64,000 nucleotides of DNA from a virus (Duplodnaviria > Caudoviricetes): positions 1-64,000 of IMG/VR virus record IMGVR_UViG_3300001485_000138; one strand, given 5' to 3'. A program made the translations under genes and the position numbers. Positions 18,458 through 28,331 of this stretch are shown here, one piece after another. The notes below the pieces were generated by a model. That model did not search any database and was not told where the DNA came from. It was given only the letters and a program-made list of their open reading frames with translations. Position 1 is the stretch's first letter, and each line of letters starts with the position of its first letter.

Positions 18458-19502
18458 AGCTAAAATCAGACATCTTATTGATAAGTTTCCACATACCGAA
18501 TGGTCTGGAATACTCTTTTATACCTATTCAGGTAACTTTGAAGACAAAAGTCTTATCATCACATGTGAAGACATTCTCCTTATGGATATAGGAACTGCTG
18601 GATGGACTGATTTCCACATGACTCCCGATGTAGCTGCCTATATTGCCCAAAATCCAGAACTCTTCACCGCAGAAACCGGCCTAATCCATTCTCATCACAC
18701 CATGGGTGCTTTCTTTAGTGGTCAGGACATACAAAGACTGAGAGAAGATGGTAATGATACTAATTGCTTTGTTTCTCTGGTTGTAGATACAAGAGGAACT
18801 TATGTAGCTGCTATTACACGGAAAGTAAGAAAACAAAAAGAAATCAAGAATTTTGGTAGCTCTTATGAGTTCTTTGGGAAGGGAAGAGTCTCTGTAGGAG
18901 AAGCTTCAGAAGCACAAATTATTTCAGAAGATGTAGTAGAATATTTCTCTCTGGAGGTAAACAGGGAAATAGTACCTAACAAATTCAGTGAACTGGACTC
19001 AAGAATAGCAGAAATAACTACTCTAAAGCAAAAGCCAGTAACACCAAGTCTTCCTGTGACAACAAAAGGTAATGACTATGATTTTGACTTTTCTGAGTAT
19101 AGAAAACAAAAGAAGGAGGAGAAAATACAACAGCCTACACTATGGACTGACGAAGAAATGGGTACTATAGAACAAGGTGTTAACTCCGAAGATATAGAAC
19201 TCATGGCCACAAAACTGATAACTTGTGACCTTCTTACTGAAACTATACATAACCTGAAGCAATGGGTTGATGAAGTTATGGATACCGCTTATACTGAGTT
19301 CTTCCAAGCTTCCAATGACTTTGATGCATGGGTATCATTTATCATACCATATCTGCTCGACAATTACCGTAATTGTAATCCTTTCTACGAGGAAAAAGAC
19401 ATTGCTCAAGCTCTCTACAACAAGCTCTACACTCTTCCACAAAATGAGTGGGTTGAACAATATATGATAGAACTTACAAACTATTTTGAAGACTATGATT
19501 GA
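18378..19502 (+). CDS. JAB/MPN+ (JAMM) metallo-isopeptidase
   Basis: Complete JAMM motif E41...H104-S-H106-x7-S114-x2-D117. Confidence 0.9.
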   Translation: MEPITQNLPAIEKQSATFKMNVPQKVEAKIRHLIDKFPHTEWSGILFYTYSGNFEDKSLIITCEDILLMDIGTAGWTDFHMTPDVAAYIAQNPELFTAETGLIHSHHTMGAFFSGQDIQRLREDGNDTNCFVSLVVDTRGTYVAAITRKVRKQKEIKNFGSSYEFFGKGRVSVGEASEAQIISEDVVEYFSLEVNREIVPNKFSELDSRIAEITTLKQKPVTPSLPVTTKGNDYDFDFSEYRKQKKEEKIQQPTLWTDEEMGTIEQGVNSEDIELMATKLITCDLLTETIHNLKQWVDEVMDTAYTEFFQASNDFDAWVSFIIPYLLDNYRNCNPFYEEKDIAQALYNKLYTLPQNEWVEQYMIELTNYFEDYD

Positions 19503-20559
19503 TATAGAAGAATGGCCTAACTTAGAAGAATGGATTAACTACATAAATAACCAACAAGTACCTGCTTCATCACTTTCTTCCACACCTACACCACAAGCTG
19601 AATCTAATCACAATGACAATGAAAGCTTTATTACAGAAACTATAAATCTTACTGACCAAGATGTAGAAGATATTATGGCTGACAATCAGTTTAACTCAGT
19701 TGTGGAAAATACTGAAGATAATACAGCAACCGAATTATTTGAAGAAACATCTGAAGAAGAAAGTACTGAAATCCAGATAGAAGATGTACCTATGGAAGAA
19801 CCAGCATCTGAAGCTAACTCTGAGCTTATTCCTGAAAACTCCCCTTCGTTACTTGTAGAAGAAGCCACATCAAGATTTTCTGGAGCTGAATGGTTTGATG
19901 CTCTACAACAAGTAGCTGTAACAATAGCAGGATTGGGAGGTATTGGCTCACACACTGCTTTTCAAATTGCAAGAACGACACCCTATGCTATGTATCTGTA
20001 TGATGATGACATAGTAGAGGAAGGGAATATGTCAGGACAGATGTATGGGAGAGATAATGTAGGAGGATTTAAGACACAAGCAATGTATAAAATCTTAAAA
20101 CAATTTACATCTTGCCCATATATCAGAGTCTATTCTACAAAGTTTACTTATGATTCTCCTCCTACAGATATTATGATTTGTGGGTTTGATAACATGACAG
20201 CAAGAAGAGAATTTTTTAATGCGTGGAAAAGGTGGGTAAACAGAGTAGAAGATAAATCTAAATGCCTTTATATTGATGGCAGACTCAGTTTTGACACTCT
20301 CCAAGTTCTCTGTATTCAAGGCTCAGACTCTTATAATATGCAAAGATATGAAGAAGAGTTCTTGTTTTCAGACAGTGAGGCAGATGCCACTATCTGTTCT
20401 ATGAAGCAAACTACCTATCTTGCATGTATGATAGCCTCTATTATTTCTAATCTCTTTATCAATTTTGTTGCAAATAGTACGAAGCCTGCATTACCCTATG
20501 ACTTGCCTTTCTTTACACAATATGATGCACAAAATATGATATTTAAAACTGAATACTGA
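19486..20559 (+). CDS. ThiF/E1-like adenylyltransferase with acidic N-terminal extension
   Basis: GLGGIG (149-154), YDDDIVEEGNMSGQ, CGFDNMTARR, IDGRL; candidate catalytic C304. Confidence 0.9.
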   Translation: MKTMIDIEEWPNLEEWINYINNQQVPASSLSSTPTPQAESNHNDNESFITETINLTDQDVEDIMADNQFNSVVENTEDNTATELFEETSEEESTEIQIEDVPMEEPASEANSELIPENSPSLLVEEATSRFSGAEWFDALQQVAVTIAGLGGIGSHTAFQIARTTPYAMYLYDDDIVEEGNMSGQMYGRDNVGGFKTQAMYKILKQFTSCPYIRVYSTKFTYDSPPTDIMICGFDNMTARREFFNAWKRWVNRVEDKSKCLYIDGRLSFDTLQVLCIQGSDSYNMQRYEEEFLFSDSEADATICSMKQTTYLACMIASIISNLFINFVANSTKPALPYDLPFFTQYDAQNMIFKTEY

Positions 20560-21272
20560 TGACAAAATTAGAAGAAGCATTATATAAGGTTTATCTTGCT
20601 ATTCCTTATGGCAGGGGACGTTACTCAGATCCTCAAAAATCCATAGTTAAAAACATGGAAATACCAGTGGATACTGATGTAATAGAAATACCTTGTTTCC
20701 TCTTACCGCGGTTTAAATTGTATGCACATTCTAATGACCAATCAGCCGATGCTATTATAACACAATTAGATGACTGCGCACAAGAGCCTATGTACAAAAC
20801 ATTAGCTAGTGAACTTAGTTATAGTATTAGAACCCAATACATCACAAAGTTTGAAATACCTCAGCAAAATCAAACGGTTAAATATCTTATAACATTTGGA
20901 GCAATATTAGAAGAGGACCTTAATCCTATAATGATGTGCTCTTGGGTATTAAGGAGAAGGCCAAATACTGAAAGTGATGATTGCTATGAGTATTTGTATC
21001 CACTACTCCGGATAGCTCCTAAATGTCTTCTATATCCTAATAATCTTATGGAGAGAACAATAGGCAAGAAAATACCGTCATTGCTTATAGGAAAAACAAT
21101 AAAACCTAATTCGTGGGTTACTCTGATAGAAGAAGATTTAAGACCGCTCAGGTTAGAAGTGGCAGATTCTCCGTTTAAGATGACTGCCATTACTCCTGCA
21201 TTTCCAGATGTTTCAAACGAAGATTTACTTAGATGTGCATACAGTTTCAGCGATGATTTCACATTGTTATGA
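20559..21272 (+). CDS. hypothetical protein translationally coupled to E1 (237 aa)
   Basis: TGATG overlap with the E1 stop. Confidence 0.7.
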   Translation: MTKLEEALYKVYLAIPYGRGRYSDPQKSIVKNMEIPVDTDVIEIPCFLLPRFKLYAHSNDQSADAIITQLDDCAQEPMYKTLASELSYSIRTQYITKFEIPQQNQTVKYLITFGAILEEDLNPIMMCSWVLRRRPNTESDDCYEYLYPLLRIAPKCLLYPNNLMERTIGKKIPSLLIGKTIKPNSWVTLIEEDLRPLRLEVADSPFKMTAITPAFPDVSNEDLLRCAYSFSDDFTLL

Positions 21273-21985
21273 CCATAAATGAATATTTTTCTGACTGGTC
21301 AAAAGTAATAGACCTGAATGAGGCAGATAGAATAATGAAGAAACTGTCTGCCTCTAAAACAACTATCTGTCCTAATCTCAAAGACATCTTTAAAGCATTT
21401 CGTCTATGTCCACTGGATAGTCTCAAGGCGATAATACTTGCACAAGACCCCTACCCCACCCTAAAGCAGTCTGTGCAAGGAAGTTCTGCTTCCTTATCCA
21501 TACCTGTAGCTACTGGTCTTGCATTTGCCAACTCTCCAGATACCCCAGAGACTCAATTATCTCCTTCCTTAGACATTCTTAGGAACTCTGTAATCGACTT
21601 TACGGTACCACATAATTGTATTAACTTTGACCCAAGTTTAGAGAAGTGGGAAAGGCAGGGAGTTTTATTACTCAATTCTGCACTCTCATGTGAAGCAGGA
21701 AAAGCAGGTTCACATACTCTGTTATGGAGAAACTTTATGAAAGTCTTGCTCACAAAACTCTCTGAATACCATACTGGTATAGTGTATATCCTGATGGGTA
21801 AGGTGGCAGAAAGCTTCGGTAGCTACATAGATGAAACACATAACTATGTACTGCACATCCGACACCCATCATGGTATGCCAGGGAAAAGAAACAAATGCC
21901 TTCAGATATATGGAGAAAGGTAGATGACATTCTTACACAACAATATGGGTATGGAATAGAGTGGTATCAAGAGTTTAACTTATAA
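21269..21985 (+). CDS. ung: uracil-DNA glycosylase, family 1
   Basis: AQDPYP, GLAF, GVLLLNSAL, HPS motifs. Confidence 0.9.
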   Translation: MTINEYFSDWSKVIDLNEADRIMKKLSASKTTICPNLKDIFKAFRLCPLDSLKAIILAQDPYPTLKQSVQGSSASLSIPVATGLAFANSPDTPETQLSPSLDILRNSVIDFTVPHNCINFDPSLEKWERQGVLLLNSALSCEAGKAGSHTLLWRNFMKVLLTKLSEYHTGIVYILMGKVAESFGSYIDETHNYVLHIRHPSWYAREKKQMPSDIWRKVDDILTQQYGYGIEWYQEFNL

Positions 21986-22000
21986 ATTAATTTTTACATT

Positions 22001-22432
22001 ATGAAAGAAATAAAGTATTACATGTTTGGCACTGATGATGAAGTGCAGTTTGGAGACCATATCGAAGTAAACTTTACCGAGGACACTGATAAGGGAACTA
22101 CCAAGCATTATCATTTTGACTGCAAGTTTATTCCAGAACTTGTACCTATGCTTCTTGAACATGAAGTGATTGAAGCTGAAGAAACAGAAGAAGAGGGTGA
22201 AGATGTTCCTACCACTACAGAAGATGGAAGTGATTTTGATGTAGATATGGGTACTCTTATCAAAGATTATCTTAAAGCAACTGATACTGAAAGAAATAAA
22301 GCTATTGAAGTCCTTACAGATATTTCAAACTCTCTTGCAAATATTTTGGAGGACATCAAGACCACCAATAAGCTGGTAAAGCTTATAGTAGAGGAGAAAG
22401 CCGAAGATACAAAGCCTAAAACCAAGAAGTAA
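22001..22432 (+). CDS. acidic hypothetical protein
   Basis: ORF track. Confidence 0.7.
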   Translation: MKEIKYYMFGTDDEVQFGDHIEVNFTEDTDKGTTKHYHFDCKFIPELVPMLLEHEVIEAEETEEEGEDVPTTTEDGSDFDVDMGTLIKDYLKATDTERNKAIEVLTDISNSLANILEDIKTTNKLVKLIVEEKAEDTKPKTKK

Positions 22433-23013
22433 TGGGTGAGAGAATTAAGGGTGTAGTAGAAAAGGAGTACAATAGTGTCAAGTACCGTTCTACTCTTGAA
22501 GCTGATACAGCAGAAATACTGGATAAACTGGGTGTTAAGTTTGAGTATGAGGCAAGGAAACTGACTCTCATCCCATCATTTCATTCTCCTTTCCAGAAGA
22601 ATGCTGTAAGGGCACTCACCTACACCCCTGACTTTATCATAGGTAACATCATACTTGAATGTAAAGGCTTTGAAACTCCGGAATGGAAAATCAAGAAGAA
22701 ACTTGTATTCAAGTACCTGCAATCTCATGAGCCAGATACTAAATTCTATCAAGTACATAATACAAGAAGTGCTCTTCTTGATGTACTGGATGAAAACTGG
22801 CTCTATATGGGATTTGCTGTTAGAGTAGTATCCAAAAAACTTAACAAACAAACTAAACAACCAGTTGTAGATAATATATACAGCTCTGTAAAGGAAGCTA
22901 TGGAGGACTTAAACCTTATAGGAAAACCTACAGGAAGTATAATACGAAGTCTTATAGGAGCTGCTAAGTATATCTATGGCTATGACTGGAAACTAAAAAA
23001 GATTGAAGTATGA
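22432..23013 (+). CDS. PD-(D/E)XK endonuclease (resolvase-like) with C-terminal NUMOD1-like helix-turn-helix
   Basis: YRSTLE...YTPDFIIG...LECKG; tail YSSVKEA...GYDWK. Confidence 0.8.
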   Translation: MGERIKGVVEKEYNSVKYRSTLEADTAEILDKLGVKFEYEARKLTLIPSFHSPFQKNAVRALTYTPDFIIGNIILECKGFETPEWKIKKKLVFKYLQSHEPDTKFYQVHNTRSALLDVLDENWLYMGFAVRVVSKKLNKQTKQPVVDNIYSSVKEAMEDLNLIGKPTGSIIRSLIGAAKYIYGYDWKLKKIEV

Positions 23014-23279
23014 GTAATATTGCGACTTATAACAAACAGAATGTAGCTCCTATCAGCTATGCTAAGAAACCTGATTTCACCGGTAAGATACAGGAGTTTG
23101 TACAACATCTGCATGATTTCATGCCAGTTATACAACAGGAATTTGATGACTTGGAGAAGAGAGCTGAAACAAAACCATGCAAGGCTTTTGATGACAAGAT
23201 GAATGGACTTGCTGCTATCTATCAGGCAGAGAAAGACCTTTATTATTGGTATATAGAAAACCAGAAGAGACAAGCATGA
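23010..23279 (+). CDS. hypothetical protein (89 aa)
   Basis: ORF track; ATGA overlaps at both ends. Confidence 0.7.
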   Translation: MSNIATYNKQNVAPISYAKKPDFTGKIQEFVQHLHDFMPVIQQEFDDLEKRAETKPCKAFDDKMNGLAAIYQAEKDLYYWYIENQKRQA

Positions 23280-24319
23280 TTACTATTGAGAAAGAACTAC
23301 CTCAAATCAGCTGGTTAGTAGATGAGCCTTCATATAGAGCTGACCCTGCTCTTTCATACTCTACCATCAGTACTTATGAATCTCTTGGGTTTGATGGACT
23401 TGACCACCTGTTTGACAGAAAAGAAACTCCTTCATTACTTCTTGGAAGTTGTGTAGATTCAATCATTACAGGTGGTATGGAGGAATTCAATGACAGGTTT
23501 GCTGTTATAGATGTTACTATCACTGATGGTGGTATGGATACACTGAGCAGACTTAAATCCATGGAACTGCCATTCAAATCCTTTAATGAGATTCCAGAAC
23601 AGATAGTATCTGATGCAGCAAAAGAAGTAGGATTCTGGAAGGCCGACAAGTGGGATAAGGTAAGATATAAGAAAGTTCTTGAAACAGGTAATGTAGCAGA
23701 ATACTATGATGCGTGTATGCATAGTGATAAGACACTGGTAACACAAAAGATGTATCAAGACGTACTAAACTGTGTAAGAGCACTGAAGGAATCTCCTGCA
23801 ACAGCATCCTATTTTGCTGATAATGATATGCTATCTCCTATCAGAAGGTACTATCAGCTAAAATTCAAGGCTGAGCTTGATGGTGTACCATACAGATGTA
23901 TGGCCGACATGATAGCTGTAAATTATGAAAAGAAGATAATATATCCATGTGACCTCAAGACATCATCTACCGAAGAATGGAACTTTGAAAAGAGCTTTGT
24001 CAAATGGCATTATTTGATCCAGGCGATGTTATACTGGAAGTTGATCAGGTATAACCTTAACAAAGACCCTTATTTCAAGGATTTCAAACTTCATGATTAC
24101 CGCTTTATTGTGGTGAACCCAAGAACCCTTACACCTCTTGTATGGGAGTTCCCTCTTACACAGGCAGAAGTTGACCTTGTAGATGATGAAGGCACTGTAT
24201 GGAAACACCCACTTACTCTCGGTAAAGAACTCTATGACTATCTAATGAGAAGACCAAGAGTACCAAATGGTATCTCCCTTACAGGAGTTAACACTATCAC
24301 TTGCCTTCACAAGGCATAG
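23276..24319 (+). CDS. PD-(D/E)XK exonuclease (RecE/ExoVIII-like)
   Basis: RCMADMI...CDLKTS...YLIQAMLY; track start 23246, ATG at 23276 coupled to the upstream stop. Confidence 0.8.
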   Translation: MITIEKELPQISWLVDEPSYRADPALSYSTISTYESLGFDGLDHLFDRKETPSLLLGSCVDSIITGGMEEFNDRFAVIDVTITDGGMDTLSRLKSMELPFKSFNEIPEQIVSDAAKEVGFWKADKWDKVRYKKVLETGNVAEYYDACMHSDKTLVTQKMYQDVLNCVRALKESPATASYFADNDMLSPIRRYYQLKFKAELDGVPYRCMADMIAVNYEKKIIYPCDLKTSSTEEWNFEKSFVKWHYLIQAMLYWKLIRYNLNKDPYFKDFKLHDYRFIVVNPRTLTPLVWEFPLTQAEVDLVDDEGTVWKHPLTLGKELYDYLMRRPRVPNGISLTGVNTITCLHKA

Positions 24320-24348
24320 AGTCAGTGCTTTGCAATTTGGTTGCAAAG
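24320..24348 (+). promoter_or_regulatory. AGTHAGTG-hairpin element, copy 4
   Basis: AGTCAGTG-CTTTGCAA-TTTGG-TTGCAAAG. Confidence 0.85.
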
Positions 24349-24385
24349 AAAACCCTATAACATAATGCTTAAACATAATATAATA

Positions 24386-27300
24386 ATGGATGAACAACAA
24401 TGGTTAAATGATAACCAACTCTCTATGACTATATATGATAAGAAGTATAAAAATGCTTCCGAATCATTTGACTCCTTTCTAAATAGAGTATCAGGAAATT
24501 ATCCAGAAATGGAAAACCTGATAAAAGAAAAGAAATTTATATTTGGAGGTAGAATACTTGCAAGTAGAGGAGTTCAAGACAGGAAAGTTACATATAGTAA
24601 TTGCTATGTTATTACTCCACCGGAAGATAACATAGAATCTATCTTTGAGTGTGCCTCTAAATTAGCAAGAACCTATAGCTTTGGGGGAGGATGTGGTATA
24701 GATTTATCTAAGCTCAGACCTAATGGAGCAACAGTTCATAATGCAAGTAAGACTTCAAGTGGTCCAGTAAGTTTTATGGATATGTTCTCTCAGGTAACTC
24801 AAACTATATCTCAGAATGGTAGAAGAGGAGCATTAATGATTTCTCTTGATATTAACCATCCTGATGTAGAAGAGTTTATCAACTGCAAGACAGACCTTAA
24901 CAGAGTCAACTTTGCTAATATCTCAGTCAGAGTAAATGATGAGTTTATGAAGGCTGTAGAAGAAGACAAAGATTATATCCTCAGATGGCCATGTGATGCT
25001 AAGTATCTTAGTTCTATAGGTAGAGGACAAGTCATAGTAGATGAAAAGAATATTACTTATGACCACCTATATCCTATCTATAAATATGATGCTGAAGACA
25101 ATAATACAGGAGAGATAACAGGCTATATCAAAAGAGTCAAAGCAAGAGACCTATTTAACAAGCTTGTAAAGAACAACTGGGACTATGCTGAACCTGGTAT
25201 CTTGTATTGGGATAGAATACAAGGCTATAATCTGTTGGATAACACAGACTTTAAGTATGCAGGAGTAAATCCGTGTGTAAGTGGAGACACCTTAATCCTT
25301 ACTTCTGAAGGGTATCAGAGGATTGATAATCTTGTAGATAAGGAAGTTAATATCTGGAATGGGTATGAATGGAGCCAGGTTGTACCAAAAGTAACTGGAC
25401 ATAACCAGCCAATGTATAATATTACTTTCTCTAACGGTTGTCAACTTAGGTGTACCCTTTATCATAAATTCCTACTTAAAGATGGAAACAGGGTTGAAGC
25501 TCAACAGTTAAAAGTAGGAGACAAACTTGCTAAATACACATATCCATGCATAATAAGCCCTGGGATTTCAGGACAATCAAAACTATGTTATAGTCTTGGA
25601 GTATTTGCTGGAGATGGCTACATAAAAAGAAAAGATGAACCTGTAATATACTTATATGGAGAAAAACAAAAACTTCTTCCATATATAGTAGAAGGTAAAG
25701 TAAGAAAAGACCCTAAAGAGAATAGATTGGCAATTACTATTGGAAATACAAAAGAATGCTTTCTAAATGGTAAAACATTTGTTCCTTCTCAATATTGGAA
25801 GATAACTGAGAAATTAGATTGGTTGGCAGGTCTGATTGATGCAGATGGATGCATTAATAGTTCAGATGGAAGCATTTCAATATCTTCAATAGATAGAGCT
25901 TTCTTAAATAAAGTACAACTGATGTTACACACCATTGGAATAGCATCTACAGTAGCCATAATGCATAAAGCTGCAAATAGAAGACTGCCATCCCATAACT
26001 TAGAAACCCCTTATAAAGAGTATGCTTGTAAGGAATCCTACAGATTATCCATCTCATCCAACAATGTTAAAATATTGCTAAAATTAGGACTTGAATTACA
26101 TAGAATTAATGTATCCCAAAATCCTAACAGAGATGCTGCAAGATTTATATCTGTTGTAAGTATTGAAGATGATGGTATAAGTGATAATGTGTATTGTGTA
26201 AATGAACCTAAGAATCATACAGTTGTATTCAATGGTATAATGACAGGTAATTGTGCTGAGGAACCCCTGCCAGCAGGAGGTTCATGTCTTCTTGGCAGTA
26301 TCAACTTGTCTGAGTTTGTGAAGAACCCATTTACATCTAACTCCTATATAGATTATGAAGCTCTTGAAGAAGCAGTTACTATAGCTGTAAAAGGACTTAA
26401 CCAAGTACTTTCAGAAGGATTGAAGAAGCATCCTCTTAAAGAGCAACAAGAGTCTGTAGCAAATTGGAGACAGATAGGTCTTGGAACATTAGGACTTGCT
26501 GATATGCTTATCAAGCTTGGTATAACCTATGGAAGTACAGATTCACTGAAGACTATAGACAGTGTCTATAAAACTATTGCAAAACAAGCAGTATTAACAT
26601 CACTTGAGTTAGCCAAAGTAGATTCATGCTATCCTATGTGTGATAAGAAGAAGCTTGCTGAATCCAGCTTTATTAAGAACCTTAATCTTCCTACAGAAGT
26701 ACTTAAGGATATTAAGAAATACGGACTTTACAATAGTCAGCTTCTTACTTGTGCTCCCACAGGAAGTATAGGTACTATGCTTGAAGTAAGTACAGGAGTA
26801 GAACCTAACTTTGCATTTAGCTATACAAGAAAAACTCAGTCTCTCGAAGGTAAGGACACATTCTATGAAGTAAAGGCAAAGATAGTCAATGACTATTTAG
26901 AAGTTCATAAGGATGAATCCTTGGAAAATCTTCCTGGATACTTTGTGACATCAGCAGACATAAAACCTATTGACAGAGTAAAAGTACAAGCAGTTCTACA
27001 GAAATATACTGATGCCAGCATATCATCTACAGTAAATCTTCCTAAAGAGGCCACTGTTGAAGATGTGTATGACATATACATGAACGCTTGGAAAGAAGGT
27101 CTTAAAGGCATCACTATCTATAGAAGTGGATGTAAGAGAGAAGGTATCCTTACTACTGAGAAAGTACAGCCAATGGAAGTACCTGCTACAAAAGCCCCTA
27201 AAAGACCAAAAGAACTGGAAGCAGATTATTATACATTTAAAGTCAAAGGAGAACAATATATTGTATTAGTAGGTTTGCTGAATAAAAAACCTTATGAAAT

Positions 27301-27685
27301 ATTTGCTTTCCAACCAAACATCAGGTTTACAGCTACTGACCACAAAGGTATAATCATCAAGAAATCTAAGATGCATTATAGCTTTGAGTCACCTATTCTC
27401 CAAATACCGGAACTGGAACTTGCTAATGATAATGTGGAAGAAAAGGCTGCTACACTATATGCTTCCATGCTTCTCCGTCATGGAGTAGATATAAAGTATA
27501 TCATCAAGACTGCCAAAAAGGTTAATAATAACATAGCCTCTTTCAGTGCTGCTATGTGCAGGGTACTTGCCAAATATATACCTTCTGAAATAACAGGAGA
27601 AAAGTGTCCTGAATGTGGTGGAGATGTAATAAATGAAGGAGGCTGTAAACACTGTAAAGACTGTGGATGGTCTAAATGTGAATAA
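24386..27685 (+). CDS. nrdJ: class II (adenosylcobalamin-dependent) ribonucleotide reductase with intein
   Basis: GGRIL, YSNCYV, GGGCGID, RRGALM, NP|C-AE catalytic loop, APTGSI, GITIYR; C-terminal Cys cluster CPECGG...CKDCGWSKC; no beta subunit nearby. Track start 24341 lies inside the hairpin. Confidence 0.9.
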   Translation: MDEQQWLNDNQLSMTIYDKKYKNASESFDSFLNRVSGNYPEMENLIKEKKFIFGGRILASRGVQDRKVTYSNCYVITPPEDNIESIFECASKLARTYSFGGGCGIDLSKLRPNGATVHNASKTSSGPVSFMDMFSQVTQTISQNGRRGALMISLDINHPDVEEFINCKTDLNRVNFANISVRVNDEFMKAVEEDKDYILRWPCDAKYLSSIGRGQVIVDEKNITYDHLYPIYKYDAEDNNTGEITGYIKRVKARDLFNKLVKNNWDYAEPGILYWDRIQGYNLLDNTDFKYAGVNPCVSGDTLILTSEGYQRIDNLVDKEVNIWNGYEWSQVVPKVTGHNQPMYNITFSNGCQLRCTLYHKFLLKDGNRVEAQQLKVGDKLAKYTYPCIISPGISGQSKLCYSLGVFAGDGYIKRKDEPVIYLYGEKQKLLPYIVEGKVRKDPKENRLAITIGNTKECFLNGKTFVPSQYWKITEKLDWLAGLIDADGCINSSDGSISISSIDRAFLNKVQLMLHTIGIASTVAIMHKAANRRLPSHNLETPYKEYACKESYRLSISSNNVKILLKLGLELHRINVSQNPNRDAARFISVVSIEDDGISDNVYCVNEPKNHTVVFNGIMTGNCAEEPLPAGGSCLLGSINLSEFVKNPFTSNSYIDYEALEEAVTIAVKGLNQVLSEGLKKHPLKEQQESVANWRQIGLGTLGLADMLIKLGITYGSTDSLKTIDSVYKTIAKQAVLTSLELAKVDSCYPMCDKKKLAESSFIKNLNLPTEVLKDIKKYGLYNSQLLTCAPTGSIGTMLEVSTGVEPNFAFSYTRKTQSLEGKDTFYEVKAKIVNDYLEVHKDESLENLPGYFVTSADIKPIDRVKVQAVLQKYTDASISSTVNLPKEATVEDVYDIYMNAWKEGLKGITIYRSGCKREGILTTEKVQPMEVPATKAPKRPKELEADYYTFKVKGEQYIVLVGLLNKKPYEIFAFQPNIRFTATDHKGIIIKKSKMHYSFESPILQIPELELANDNVEEKAATLYASMLLRHGVDIKYIIKTAKKVNNNIASFSAAMCRVLAKYIPSEITGEKCPECGGDVINEGGCKHCKDCGWSKCE
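25274..26251 (+). mobile_element. intein (326 aa) with LAGLIDADG homing endonuclease in NrdJ
   Basis: Starts CVSGDT (C312), ends VYCVNEPKNHTVVFNGIMTGN (N637), followed by C638; internal WLAGLIDADG. Confidence 0.95.
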
Positions 27686-27690
27686 ATTTC

Positions 27691-27719
27691 AGTTAGTGCA
27701 GGGCAGTTCGGCTGCCCTG
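27691..27719 (+). promoter_or_regulatory. AGTHAGTG-hairpin element, copy 5
   Basis: AGTTAGTG-CAGGGCAG-TTCGG-CTGCCCTG. Confidence 0.85.
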
Positions 27720-27747
27720 TTCTATAATTAATAACCAAAAAATCAAA

Positions 27748-28284
27748 ATGAAAATTAAAGTATTAGAAAAAACACCTGGATGTCTGCCTTTCATCATTAA
27801 GAAGGGTGACTGGATAGACCTCCGTCTGGCTGAGGAAGTAAAGCTTAAAGCTCCTCAAGCAAACAAAATGCATATAAGGAATAAAAGCAAGGAAGATGTA
27901 GAGACTATCAGAACAAGAGATGTAGATTTTGACTTCTACGTAGCATCTCTCGGAGTAGCCATGCAATTACCTGATGGCTTTGAAGCTATTGTAGCCCCAC
28001 GAAGTTCTACATTTAAGAAGTGGGGAGTAACAGTACCTAATTCCTTTGGAGTTATAGACAATAGTTATAGTGGCAATAAAGATGAGTGGAAAGTACCACT
28101 CTTAGCTTTCCGAAAGACTACAATACCTAAAGGTACTGCCATTGTACAATTCCGCATACAACTGTCACAAAAGGCTACTATGTGGCAGAAACTCAAATGG
28201 CTTTTCTCATCATCAATAGAAATAGAATCAGTTCCATTCCTTGATAACCCAGACAGAGGAGGATTTGGAACCACAGGTAATTAA
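27748..28284 (+). CDS. dut: trimeric dUTPase
   Basis: WIDL, PRSS, GVIDNSYSG, IVQFRI, RGGFGTTG. Confidence 0.95.
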   Translation: MKIKVLEKTPGCLPFIIKKGDWIDLRLAEEVKLKAPQANKMHIRNKSKEDVETIRTRDVDFDFYVASLGVAMQLPDGFEAIVAPRSSTFKKWGVTVPNSFGVIDNSYSGNKDEWKVPLLAFRKTTIPKGTAIVQFRIQLSQKATMWQKLKWLFSSSIEIESVPFLDNPDRGGFGTTGN

Positions 28285-28292
28285 CATGTCAA

Positions 28293-28320
28293 CTATGCTA
28301 TAACATTGTTATAGCCCTAA
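28293..28320 (+). repeat. CTAT-hairpin-YCTAA element, copy A
   Basis: CTAT-GCTATAAC-ATT-GTTATAGC-CCTAA. Confidence 0.7.
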
Positions 28321-28331
28321 CACACTACAAT

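Noticed and set aside
21269-21985. UNG variant motif AQDPY instead of GQDPY as a sign of altered specificity
   Set aside because: The catalytic Asp, Asn and His are intact. A single conservative change is not enough to support a claim.
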